64,000 bases of DNA, from assembly GCF_009914755.1 (NCBI RefSeq), contig NC_060932.1, one strand, 5' to 3'. A program made the position numbers and the translations under genes. The notes beneath the pieces were generated by a model. The model searched no databases. It saw nothing but the letters and a program-made list of their open reading frames with translations, and had not been told where the DNA came from. Of this stretch, positions 26,129-38,161 are shown in pieces. The stretch is from the human T2T-CHM13v2.0 reference genome, Homo sapiens. Each line of letters opens with the position of its first letter. The stretch's first letter is position 1.

Positions 26129-27085
26129 CTAGGGCCAAGAGCTGGAAGTTACAGGGGAACAGAATAACCGTGTCAAATACCAAGGGACATAGAAAGAAGA
26201 AGCTAAAGTGTGTCTTCTCAGAGCTGCTATAAATGCCAGAAGATTGCCTAGCCCAATGCCTCTACATGGTAGGTTTTTGTAGAAAGGAAAATATGGATAA
26301 AAGAAAAGAACAGGTCTCCTACCTAAAATGAGACCACTTTTGTGAAACTGCTCAAGGCTGACTGGAATAACTTAGCTCCACTAGGGTGAGCAAAAGTGGT
26401 TCTATGGCCATGGATCCAAGGTCAACAAAGAATATGACACAGTCATTGTCATCCTTTGTTCCAGACCACTCCTGCATCCACAGAGCAGTGTTAGAGTTGT
26501 GTCTTCTGGTGGGAGAGTTCCATTGCAGCAGGATCACTTTAGGCAATGTAATGGAGTAAGTGAACCAACATGGTCACTAAACTACATTGGAGGGTGAATG
26601 CACAGACGGATAGATTCTTATGGACAATATAGGCATTCATTGACATTGAGGGTAAGCCTTAAAGAAAAATCTCAGCCACCTCTGAGAAGCCCACCGTGGT
26701 ATCCCACACAAAATCTTCATTGCGTTTCCTTTACCTCACTTTGATTATAACCAGTGTTATATTTTTAAATATAGAATAATGCAATTCTAGTTCTGATATC
26801 TTAAAACATAGAATAATTTTTGATATTATTATTTTCCCCATAATTCACACAAAAATAACAAATCTCATCATTTTTTTTCAGAACATCTCTGCAAAGCAGG
26901 ACAAGGGTATGCAAACAACTCCAAATTACAACTGCCTACATATGATCAGACAACTTGACCCTGTGCACATGACATTTGTCCCCAACTCCAAACCCAAAAC
27001 CTCAGACTTCCCAAGGAGAGACCTGGTAGCCATTGGAATAGACTAAAGGCAGACATGGAGGAGGAATTAGGGGTTAGTGAAAACC

Positions 27086-27215
27086 CAGGGGGGTAGTGAC
27101 AGTATAGTTAGAAAGAGAATAGAAGTTACTGTACCCGGGGTGACTTTGATGAAGACTTGGATGATAGAAATTATATTTGCAGATGGCATAAAGCTTGGAA
27201 GAGTATCAAGTAATT
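27086..27215 (+). repeat. Inverted repeat arm B
   Basis: Pairs with 25394-25523. Confidence 0.97.
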
Positions 27216-27930
27216 TGAGTGACAAAATTGACATTCTAGGAGAGTGGGTGGCCTGGCATACAATCAAGATATAACAGAGTAATGGATAAAGGAAGAAGAG
27301 AATATTCAACTGAAGCAAGGAGAAGAGAGGCTAAGCCCAGCTAGCTGTGATAGGTTTAGACAAGAGTGCAGATCACTTCAAAGTCCAGGCAGGGCACACA
27401 GTAAGTTTCTAGAGATTGCATATCTAGTACCAGAACAGGGCCCTTTGTAAATCTGCTCTCTGCTCCTAGGTCTCCTCTTTCCTGACTGTTTACCTGAACT
27501 TGAGGCCCTCAGGTACCTTATTGCATTATGACACTGGCAATGTACAATAATAATAGTCATTGTCATTTACATAATCTCATTTAATCCCCTCTACGACCTT
27601 GAGAAGAAAGTCTTTTAACCTTAATTTTCGTGTTAGAAAGCCAAGTTCAAGAATATTTAAATGACTTGGCCAAGGTCATACAGCTTGGAATTGATGAAGA
27701 ACATCATTTTCAAGTCATGGGCCAAATATAACAATATGAACTCAATTGAGGCAAATGTAAGGTCTTAATTGGGAGCCCCACAATTATGTAAGCCCAGGGG
27801 AGATATGACTTAGCAAAAGTACATGGGGAGACAACTCTAGGTTATAGTTTATTGCATGTTTAATCAGGAGGGAAATCAACTCAACTGGCAAAGGCATGTG
27901 TGTGATCTCAGGCTGCACTGATAGATGTTC
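27120..27930 (+). mobile_element. CR1/L3 LINE ORF2 (RT) fragments, interrupted by a MIR at ~27560-27720
   Basis: IFADGIKLGRV...ILGEW resembles the CR1 RT motif KFADDTKLGG...LEEWA; downstream CAAATGTAAGGTC (KCKV) and ATCTCAGGCTGCA (ILGC-like). Confidence 0.75.
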
Positions 27931-28322
27931 TCTCTATTGTCAAGGTGGATGACATGACTGACTATACTGAAATCACAAGTGTCTTACAAGTACAACAGTT
28001 GACTAAAAAGTAAAAAGACTAAAAGAGATCGTCAAGTCAACAGTGGGAACTTGCTGACTTTGAGGCTGGACCTCCTTCCACAACCGGTGCCCTGGTTCCC
28101 AGATTGTGGGAGAATACGGCAGGGTGCACCAGCATTAAACAAGTCCACTGTCCAGATACCTGTCTGTTGATTAAGATACCCTGAGTTGTTCCTTTTACAG
28201 TTAGATTTGTATTATCATGTAAACTTGTCTTTTCAGAAACGTTCTGATTCTAGTTCAGACAGAGCAGTAATCCTGTTACACATTTTGCCCATCTCAACTT
28301 CAACACACGTGCCGTATGGCTC

Positions 28323-28712
28323 TGCAATGGGCTATATTGTGTCTCTCCAAAATTCCTGTGTTGAAATCCTAACCCCTAGTGCCTCAGATTGTAATTGTAT
28401 TTGGAGATAAGGTCTTTTAAGAGGTAATTAAGGTTAAATGAGGGCATATGGATGGACCCTAAGCCAATATGACTGGTGTCCTTATAAGAAGAGGAAATTT
28501 GGACACAGTGACACACAGAGGAAAGGCCATGTGAGGACATGGGGGGAAGATGGTCAGCCCCAAGCCCAGGAGAGATGAACCAGAAGAAACCAAGCAAACC
28601 AATACTTTGATCTTAGAATTCTAGCCCCCAGAACTGTGATAACATAAATTTCTCTGGTTTAAGCCGCCTAGTCTGTAGTGTTCTGTTATGGTAGCCCTGG
28701 GAGACTATTATA
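28323..28712 (+). mobile_element. MLT1B MaLR solo LTR
   Basis: CCAAAATTCCTGTGTTGAAATCCTAACCCC...ATGACTGGTGTCCTTATAAGAAGAGGAAATTTGGACACAG; 5-bp TSD GGCTC at 28318-28322 and 28713-28717. Confidence 0.92.
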
Positions 28713-31700
28713 GGCTCCAACACTGCAGAACATGCTTAGTCATCTAGCATAAGTAGTTCTCCTGTTATCGACTTCATCGGAAATCCCTCAGTAATTGATT
28801 TTTATTAATGACTTCATTTGAAAATACCACGACTTCCTGCCAAGGGCTGTACCGGGAATCAGATATGACCAACTCCCAAGAGAAATGCAGTTCCTAGAAA
28901 ATGAAAGGAGGTATTGTGTTCTGCTTTGGTCTGCTCAGATCCTGCTTGTCTCATAATATTTCTTTCTTATGCTCAAAAATTTATATGAATGTGTCTATTC
29001 ATCTGCCCCATTAGACCATGAGCAGCTTCAGGGTAGCTGTTCTCTTAGCCATTGTTGTAAGGTAAGTGCTATTCTCCTTGCCTATGCAAGTGCACACACA
29101 CACACATGCACACACACACACCCCACAACATACAGAGTTTCTGGTTCAATGAACATTAGTTGGGTAGATGAATAAAGCCCAACAAGGAAATTCCTGAGAA
29201 TAATTCTATTTTCCGTGATCTTCCTCATGTAGAGAAAATACAAAGGCCAAGATCCACAAATCCACTTGTAATTTAGGCCTCTGAACAGGAAGCACGCTTT
29301 CTCATTATAACTTAATCAATTGGTCTCTATTTATCTGTCACTATGATTGGTTCAGAAAGCATCAGTCTCCCTAAGAATCCATGAGCTCTGTGTAAACTTT
29401 TAGGATGGAGTTCCTGAAAAGCTAAAGAAGGCAGCTGAGCTCAGGTCAGACTTTGATGGGTGGTGGCCTCTGCTCAGATATCATCTCTGCCTCAGGCCTC
29501 AACAAACCAGACTCTCCCTTTTCTATTTCTTTTGTGGCCATAATTACCATGATCTTCCTGGGCTGGACACCAAAGGCAGGCACTTCCTCCAGCTCAGTTC
29601 AGAGAGCGCCTGTATGCACATCTGTGCCAGCTTAAAACCCTCAAAGGTTCTCTGTGGTCTCTAACAAGTAGTTTTTCAAAAATGTCTGAGAAAATGAAAC
29701 CATGCTTCACACTATTGTTTCACGATTTTGGTGACAATTCAGAACTTATCTTGCAATTTTCAACAGTGTTAAAGGAAGATATGTTATTTTAATGTCTGTG
29801 GAATAAGGAAGGTAAAACTTTGTTAAAAGGCCACATTCCTTCTGATGTCTCACAAGCATGACCTGGCTCCTACTTTCTGTCTCTCAGCCTCACTGGCCCC
29901 TTTTTCCTACTAGTCTCAAAACTCTGAAGGCAGCTAGACACTTGTGTATCCCATGGCATTGCACACTGTCTCCTCCCCCTGGAACTCTCTTCCTTGGTCA
30001 ATCCTGCTTATTTCCCAAGGCACAGTCCTCATCACCCAAGAGAAGCTGCCCTAGTTTCCCTGCCAGCATCTTGATTGTGCCCCTGTGATGGAATTTGGGC
30101 TAGTCTTTGTTTTGGAGCCTTTCTCCCATTAGAGACAGACAGTGGCTCTCCCAAACCTGCACCTCCATGCCCAAGACAGTATCAGAGACAAGGTGGGTGT
30201 TCATGGATGTTTGGTGTAGGAAGGAATGAGAGCCAGAGAGAATAGGAAACACATTGGAGAGGGAACTCCCAACTCACACTCCTTGAACCATGCAGCTCCA
30301 CCTGCCTCTTAAGTCTTCTGAGGCCTCTGGGGAGTCCCTAATCCATTTTATATCTTACAATTGTGATGGGTCCATGACAGAGTCTTGAGGCATCTGCCTA
30401 ATTCACTTACGTTAACTCAGTTTGCTTTCCTGGGCTCGCTCCCCTCACCAGGCTGTTGTGCTTGGTGTTTGTTCACCAAGTCTATCAGCAATGTTGGAAA
30501 TTTAATCGAGATGTATGAACTAAAAGAGAATGTACAGTATTGGCACATGTGTATGTTGGGGTCAGAGCTAGAGACATCAATCTTGCCTGAAAACTTGTCA
30601 ACAAGGTGAAATAGCCGGATGCCTTATTCTCACAATTTTGTAATTCTCTTTGAACAATAACAACAAATGCACCATCCAGAAAACAGTTTTTTGTTCTAAT
30701 AGATGTCACCTCCAACTACAACTGTCTACATTAAATGTTCTAGGTACCCTCTAACTCTTCTTGCTCAGGCCTGATTTAGGCCCAAACAATGGGACTTGGG
30801 AAAATAGAAAGAGGGAGATGAAAGCAAAGTTCTTAATGGAACCAAGAATGACAAAATAGTGAAATAGAAAGCACCATTTATCATATGAAAAAAGGATACA
30901 TCATAGCTGCATACTTCATGTACTCAGTAAGGCTACATATGGTCTTATCTTTAACTCTTATTCCCAGAGACTCCACTGTTGGGACTCCTTTCAACATGAA
31001 CAGCTTCTAAAAGGGACAGTAAACATAGTAGATAAGGAGACATAGTTTAGAGTCAGAAACGACTTTGGATGAGGGACTTAAACACACTGAACTTCAGTTT
31101 TCTCTTCTGCTAATTTTGGTCAATAATAGTATTTATATCTTTCCATGGGAATCAAAAAGGACCATTCAGGAAAAAACACTAATCAAAGTATCTGATACCT
31201 AGTAAGCACATTATGATTAGAATATACAAGTCTGAAATACAAAACATGCAATGTAACAATGGCATTTAGTAGGAGAAAAATCAACAGTGCCATATGGTTC
31301 TCAGTAATGATGAAACTCTGTCTAGTAAAATTTTTGAAAATAGACTTTCTGGAAGAAAAGCAGAAAATGCAGGGTTCTGTGGACACACAGACCTGGGTTT
31401 GAGTCCCAGACACTCTACATTTTATTTTGTAAACTTTTTCCTATCTTTATACTCAGTCTTTAAAGTGGGTTTAATAAAACCCTCCTTATGGAGTTAATGT
31501 GAGAATAAAAGTATAACATGCAGCAAGTGTCAGGGTTAGAGCCTGGCATGTGTTCAGTAAAGGGCAGTCATGATTATTAACATGAATCCTGTTGGGTTTC
31601 CACCAAAGGTACAATAAGAAGAGCACACCGTACTAAAAGAGGAATCCTGAGTTGAGCCCTGGTTCTTTTACCAGGAGGGGTTGGATATGTATTCTTTTAG

Positions 31701-31737
31701 AGGCCTCTGTTTCCTCATCTGAAAAATGAAGTCAACT

Positions 31738-32228
31738 ATATCATTTAGCTTATTGCTGCATAGTTACCTCCAAATTTAGTGGCTTAACACAAGTTATTTA
31801 TCTAGCATGTGTTGCTGTGGATCAGCAATTTAGGCTGGGCTGAGTTGCGTGGTTCTTCTGGCCTGGGCCAGGCTTCTTCATGTGTCTGTGGTCAGCTTCA
31901 GGCTGGTGAAGCAGCTCTGTCTTTCTTCCAGCTGGAGCTCTCCCCCTGTGTCTTCTATCATCCAGCAGGCTAGCCCGGGCTGGTTCACAGGGCAGTGGTA
32001 GGTTCCAAGAAAGCAAGAAGCAACACATGTGGCCTCTTGAGGTTTAGACTTGGAATGGTCAAAGATCACGTTATATTAGCCACAGTAAGTCATGAAACCA
32101 ACCAGATCCAAGGATTGAGAAAACAAACTCCATTTTTGATTATTGGAAGAGCTATATAAAGTCACATTGCAAACAAAGTGTGTGGATACAGAAATGTCAT
32201 AACTTCGGGTAATCAGTGTAACCCGCCA
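31738..32228 (-). mobile_element. MLT1F/G/H-like MaLR LTR
   Basis: CAAATTTAGTGGCTTAACAC...GCAATTTAGGCTGGGCTG...TCATCCAGCAGGCTAGCCCGGGCT...AAAGTCACATTGCAAA. Confidence 0.75.
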
Positions 32229-32950
32229 CATCTCCCCTCACTCCTGTGACTCAGAAATATCTCCTTCTTTCAGTTCCCTTAGCTTTTACCTTAATTCAAA
32301 CCCTTACCACTTTTAATGTGGTCAATAGTAATAGCCATCTATGTGGTCTCCCTCTCTCATAAAATGTACCCCTTTGATCTACACTTTTACAATATATAGC
32401 AAATCATGACACAGTACTACATCAAAATTGTAATGACTTAGAGATGGAACCCACATTGCTTCCTGTGGCATTCAGGGTCCTTCACTGTCTTCTTTTCCAT
32501 TCATGTTTTCAATCAATTTCACACACCCTCATATCCTGCATTGCAGCTCACCTGTGGCTTCTAATCACCCCTCAGGTAAGCTGAGATGAATACCTTCAGA
32601 TCATCTGCCCATAACCCCTTTCCTAGGAAGTGGCCCACCTATTCCAGCAGGGATTATAAGAAGAACTGTGTTGATGCAACTTGGACCAAGCCCTCTGGCC
32701 GCAGCTGATGTGTTCAAAGATAAACATATATATCAAGACAGCCCAATGAGAGTCAGAGTCCCTTCCTTGAAATTTTTGGAATTTGGCCCATAGGAATAAT
32801 TAAGTGAGTCTGTAGTTTAGGCTGTAAATTGAGGGCCACTCTTACCATTGGCGACTTTTGTTCAACCTATCCTGGAGCAGTTTCCCTGGCTTGGTTAGTA
32901 AACCATAATATTTTGGATTTTGTGAGACAATTTTTTCCCTCCTTATCTAA

Positions 32951-33311
<361 letters not shown>

Positions 33312-33624
33312 TTTAATATGAGAATTAAAGAAATAACACACAGAAAGTGTTACAGGTGTGAGCTACTGCTCCCGACCCCTCTATGCCTAAAGAGGCTGCC
33401 TTCTCCCACCCTCCTGGTCTCACTCACTCTTCAGGGTCTGGTGTGGATGGCAGCTCCTCCATGACAACTCCCTGCTTTCCTAGCACAGCTGCACCATTGC
33501 TCCCTCTGCGAGACACCAGAACACTGCTGCTTCTGCTAGGGAGCTTCCCATTGTCTGGGTATAGAGTCTTAGCTGTGTCTTTCTCTTCATTCAATTATGT
33601 CACCCATTTATTACTTATTATACA

Positions 33625-34093
33625 TCTTAGCTTAAGTTCCCACAGAAGGGAGAACCAAGACAAGGACCCTGTTCAGGTAAATTTTTGGAAGGCAATCAGG
33701 CGGGAGGAAACACAGGAGTGAGAAAGGAGGAAAACCTGACATAGGATGTGTGGATGTGGGCACCACTGTGGGAAATAGATTGGATCTGTCTGCGGCCCCC
33801 AGGGGAGCAGGCAGACTACCTCTAGGAATTGTACCCCCGAGGTGGAGTGGGAGAAATGCTTATCTAGGTGCATCTATATCCTGTTTGTGCCTTTGTGCCT
33901 GTCAGTGAGTTTTTTCCAATATGCACAGCACCAGAGAAATCCTGAAGTAGCAAATGGAAGAAATGCTGTGCATTCTTGGGATGCGAGTTATCAGTCTGAA
34001 GTGAGTAGAAGCTTGCAGGAAACTGTACACTGCCATCAAAGCTGAAAGGAGAGGCTGAGAGGATGTGGGTCAAGTCCTGAGCACTGTCTGGTA
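33625..34093 (-). mobile_element. LTR33-like ERVL 3' LTR
   Basis: TCTTAGCTTAAGTTCCCACAGAAG...AGACAAGGA...CACCACTGTGGG antisense LTR33-type end. Confidence 0.6.
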
Positions 34094-36842
34094 CGGCCCA
34101 TCTCATACAGCACTCAGATCAGTTTGTTTACTACGTTAAATCCAGTCCATGACTGAGCCTGCAAGGTGACAGTCAGCTACGATCTTAGGAAAAGTCTTTG
34201 TACACCAACCTTAGTTGAACAAGCTAAAGGCCCCACTGCCAGTGCTGGGTCTGAAGCCATAACTGATTTCTATTTTCTCCCCCATCTGCCACACATTACA
34301 GGCACACTTTCAAATTCACCATTTCTGTTGCATGATGGGTGGCTACTACTCCTGCTTACCTTAAGGCTTTCTGAATTTGACAATCCTGCCTCCTGATGGG
34401 CAGCTCCACTCACATGGTCACTTAAGTACTGTGGTTAGTTCTCAACCTCTAATAGGTCCTAGTAACACATGAGGAACTGCTTTTTTAAATGGCAAATAGT
34501 TTCCTGACATAGGAGGCATGGTCTTGCTCAAGAACCTTAGTGGTCTGAGCTATGATTCTTGAACTGGGGCTTCCAAGAGACTTCAAATTATATACCCTGG
34601 AAATGTCTAGTGCCATTGAGTCTGCTGGATCACATGGCCTAATAAGAAATCTTACTCAATAGCCTGGAACTGTTACACCACTTGAAACTAGGAGCCTCGG
34701 AGCCAGGCATGGCACTCCTCACAAGTGCGGTCACTGCTGCCTCCCAGTTTCAATGAGGGCTCCATAGGCTGGGTTTTGCTCTTAGTGGTTGTAATACAAG
34801 ATGAACATATTGCCTTACCTTAGAAGGGATGTGCTGGAATACCGCAGACCACTGACACCCAGAAAACTTCACCGATATGGCAGACCCCTGAAACTTGGTA
34901 GGTTTACCTCCCACCATCTGGCGATCATGCATCCTGTCAGGGGATCCAGGTGAGTTGCTCATTACTGCTCACCAAGCTTAATATGATTGCATCAATATAG
35001 AGAACTCTTGTGATGTTCTAAGGACTGCCAAGATGATAGAGGTCCATACAGAATATATTATGATAAACTCCTTTTGATCCTCCTTAGAGATGAGCCTTGA
35101 AAAAAATGCATGACACATTGATAGCCACATACCAAGTACCACAGCTGTTGTTTCAGGAAAGGATACCATATCTTATACAGTAGTTTCAACTGGAGTTACC
35201 CTTGGTTAAATTTACTATCTCTTGGCATACAATCCATCTGCTTTCTTTCCAGAGATCTTACTAGTGGATTGAATGTGAGATACATGGTAGGGAAGATCAT
35301 CTCTGCATCCTTTATGTTTTGATGGTAATATTAACACTGTAAATCACTCAGAATTTGACATTGCTTCTGATTTATTCTTGTAGACATGTAAGGGTTATGA
35401 TTTCATGAACTTCCTCTTGGAGAGAAGTTTCAGGGGGTTCCACTTCTGGGGGAAAATCTTAAGAGCATTCACTTCACCATTCCTATCTTAATGGCTCTTA
35501 TTACACAGGTCAGGGGATGAGTGCCTGAGTTATTCCATCTGCAAGGGATCTCCATCCCAATTATACACTTGGAAGCCAGGAAATAACCAAGAGGGTAGGC
35601 ATGCACACCCACTGCACACCGTGGAACAGACTCAGACCAAGGCTCCTTCACTGCTTAGCCTTCATGAGCCTCCCATTTGGCTGGGGCAGGAAGGGTATGA
35701 TGGTATTTCAGGTCTCCAGGTATGAGTGTCAACTCATAACACCAGCCCTCAAAAATATGTGGTATTTCCCTTCCCGCAAGTTTCCAGTTACTCCAGTACA
35801 AGTTCCTTTGCAGAAGGATCAGGGAAATATTAGTTGAATATACTTGTGATGATGTTGCAAGTATATATGTGTGTTCTGAACCTATGAACTGGCTTAGATC
35901 TGGAAACTAGGTGAGGAAATTTCATTTTTCCATTGTGCTTGACAGCTTTAGATTTCTTCTGTTTATATGAATCAAGCAACAACTCATTGGCTGCCAATCT
36001 GTCTTGCTACTAGGAACCCCTTGATCTATTAGCCATTGCCTTATGTCCCTAAGAGTCAGCGCACACTAGTTGTCCTCTGCTCTCACTGCTCATGACAGCA
36101 ATGATGAGTATTTTGCCTCTGATGTTTAAGTGCTGCCATCTGCTATTCCAGAATCGGAACATCCCCGTTAACACTAGGCAGCCTCATTCCATAACAGCAT
36201 TTTCTATGGCAAAACCCCAACCTAGAGGGTAGGCACCACTGAGATCCTCAACAAAACCAGCGCCCTGCTACTTTTCTTATTGTCTAAATGAAAAGGTTGT
36301 CCTCTGGACTCTAAAGGAATATTGTCAGGGAGTGATTTCTCTGTTCTTATAGAATAACCCATTCTAACACCCCTGCTCTGTGAGCCTTTTGACCTCTTTC
36401 TCAATATTCTCTACCCATTTACTATAGCCCATCATGTTGTTCAAACTTCACAAAGCCATTAGCACAGTGTATGAGGGCCAGCTTTAAGTATCTTTGCCAG
36501 GATATTTAAACCCTGAGGCATAGGAGAATATTCACATTTCAATAAATTTTTCCCCATCCAGACCTAAATTCTGCCTTCTCTGAACCAATTCTGTTTGTTT
36601 TCTCCAGATTTCTGCCAAGTGATATATTGGCTAACTCCTGTCATATTTTTTTTTGCATTCATGCTATTTCCTTCTAGTCTAACACTGAATTCCTCAAGTT
36701 ATTAACCTGGAGCCATGATGAGAGGCTGCTGGATATTGAAGAGAGCAACCATAATTTTGTGAGGCACCTGCCTCAGGTGTAATGTTTTCAGGTCTCTCGA
36801 AAGAAAGAAAGAGAGGGAGAGAGAAAGGAAGGAGAGAGAAAA

Positions 36843-36920
<78 letters not shown>

Positions 36921-37351
36921 GAAAGAAAGAAAGAGAAAAAGAAAAGAGAAGAGAAAAGAAAAGGAAAAAGAAAAGAAAAGAAAAGAAAAAAAGAAAAGAG
37001 ATTCGCTCTTCTTACAAGAGAGAAATCTGGGCTTCTTCCAGCCCAGGGGTTTTATGGGAATCAAGAGGTTAAAGGTCCTTGGATTCTCCACCCAATTTAA
37101 GTCTTGGGGTCTGAAATTAACATAGAAGACCTATTGATGCTATGAACTGAGTTTTATCTGCAGATCATCATCTTTATAATGAAACCCAGGTCTAATTTTT
37201 AGTGCAATATTTTCTACAACTGCAAGAGATAAGGGTCCCTTACAATAGAGTACAGAGACTTTCTAGTTTTCATTGTGAGCTTTGAATTGATAGGTAGCTG
37301 TCCTGAACCTGTTATTTTTTTTTCTTCAAGGCTACTAACACAGTTAAAACA

Positions 37352-37385
<34 letters not shown>

Positions 37386-37637
37386 AACAAAACCCACGGT
37401 AACTACCAGCCCATGGAATTACCATTCTTCATTGGCTTTCACGTAATCCACAACCTTGCCTTCCACCTGTGCCTCTTTCTGATCCACTACCAGTGCGGGT
37501 CTTCAATATTATGGTGATACTGCACACCAGTGGTTATCATCACCCCACCTACTGCTGGAACTTTCATCTCACCAATGAGTTTTCCAGTTCCAGAACCCTA
37601 TCTTGAGAGACTGCTTCTAGGACCATTCCTGGTACCA
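34094..37637 (-). mobile_element. Decayed ERVL-class provirus internal region (PBS, gag, pro, RT), internally deleted
   Basis: PBS-like TGGTACCAGGAATGG (minus strand, 37637-37623); ORF-track peptides CIIGMEI...LTCVIRAIKIG (protease), HAFFSRLISKEDQKEF (RT motif A region) and PTKFQGSAISVKFSGCQWS..HIPSKV (RT C-terminus). Confidence 0.85.
36799..37001 (+). repeat. (GAAA)n/(GAAAA)n polypurine microsatellite
   Basis: Direct inspection. Confidence 0.97.
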
Positions 37638-37639
37638 AC

Positions 37640-38050
37640 TCTTTTAGTTTGAGCTTCCTCCGGAAACCAGGGCCTGAGAAAAGGACATGTGAGCTGGTGG
37701 TTTAGTTGAGATTGAATCCGAGGGAGCAGGAGTGAAGAGCCAGTGAGAGGAAGGGAAGGAGGAAGAGCCAAGGCAGGGTGGGTCAGTGGGGTGACTGCTA
37801 TGGACAAATGGGGCCCATCCTTCCTGAGCACTGCAGAAGAGTGTCCAGAATGCCTCTGAGCATTTTCTTCCCAAAAACAAACCAGAAGAAGCAGGATCCC
37901 CCCATGTTCTAGAGGTGCCCCTGTGGGCACTAACCCCTATATGTTTCCAGGTTGCTCATGGGCCTTGCTGAGGAGAAGTCTACCAGTATCGAGGAATCAG
38001 GGTGGACCAGAAAGATGTATGATGTGAGCTTGGTAGGAGAAATAGCAGCA
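37640..38050 (-). mobile_element. LTR33-like ERVL 5' LTR
   Basis: Adjacent to the PBS; TTAGTTTGAGCTTCCTCCGGAAACCAGGGCCTGAGAAAAGGA...GAAGGGAAGGAGGAAGAGCCAA. Confidence 0.6.
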
Positions 38051-38161
38051 TGAGGGGATTTCAAGCCTGCATGGCATTGTTCACCCTATTAAGGTCTCAG
38101 ACAAGAGAGGATTCTAGCCAGGGCATGAAGGGATATGATGCATTATATGTGGTAAATAATT

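Noticed and set aside
26870-26912. Possible 25-nt micro-exon (TTTTTTTTCAG|...AGG|GTATGC) in the inverted-repeat spacer
   Set aside because: Motif-only evidence, moderate donor and not frame-preserving; it cannot be supported without RNA data.
25392-27274. Two near-identical ORFs on opposite strands as a paralogous gene pair
   Set aside because: They translate a decayed CR1/L3 RT fragment and its inverted copy. The catalytic FADD reads FADG, starts are non-ATG in part, and there is no gene structure.
34750-35651. ERVL protease/RT ORFs as a domesticated retroviral gene
   Set aside because: They are fragmented by stops and frameshifts, with the longest piece ~70 aa.
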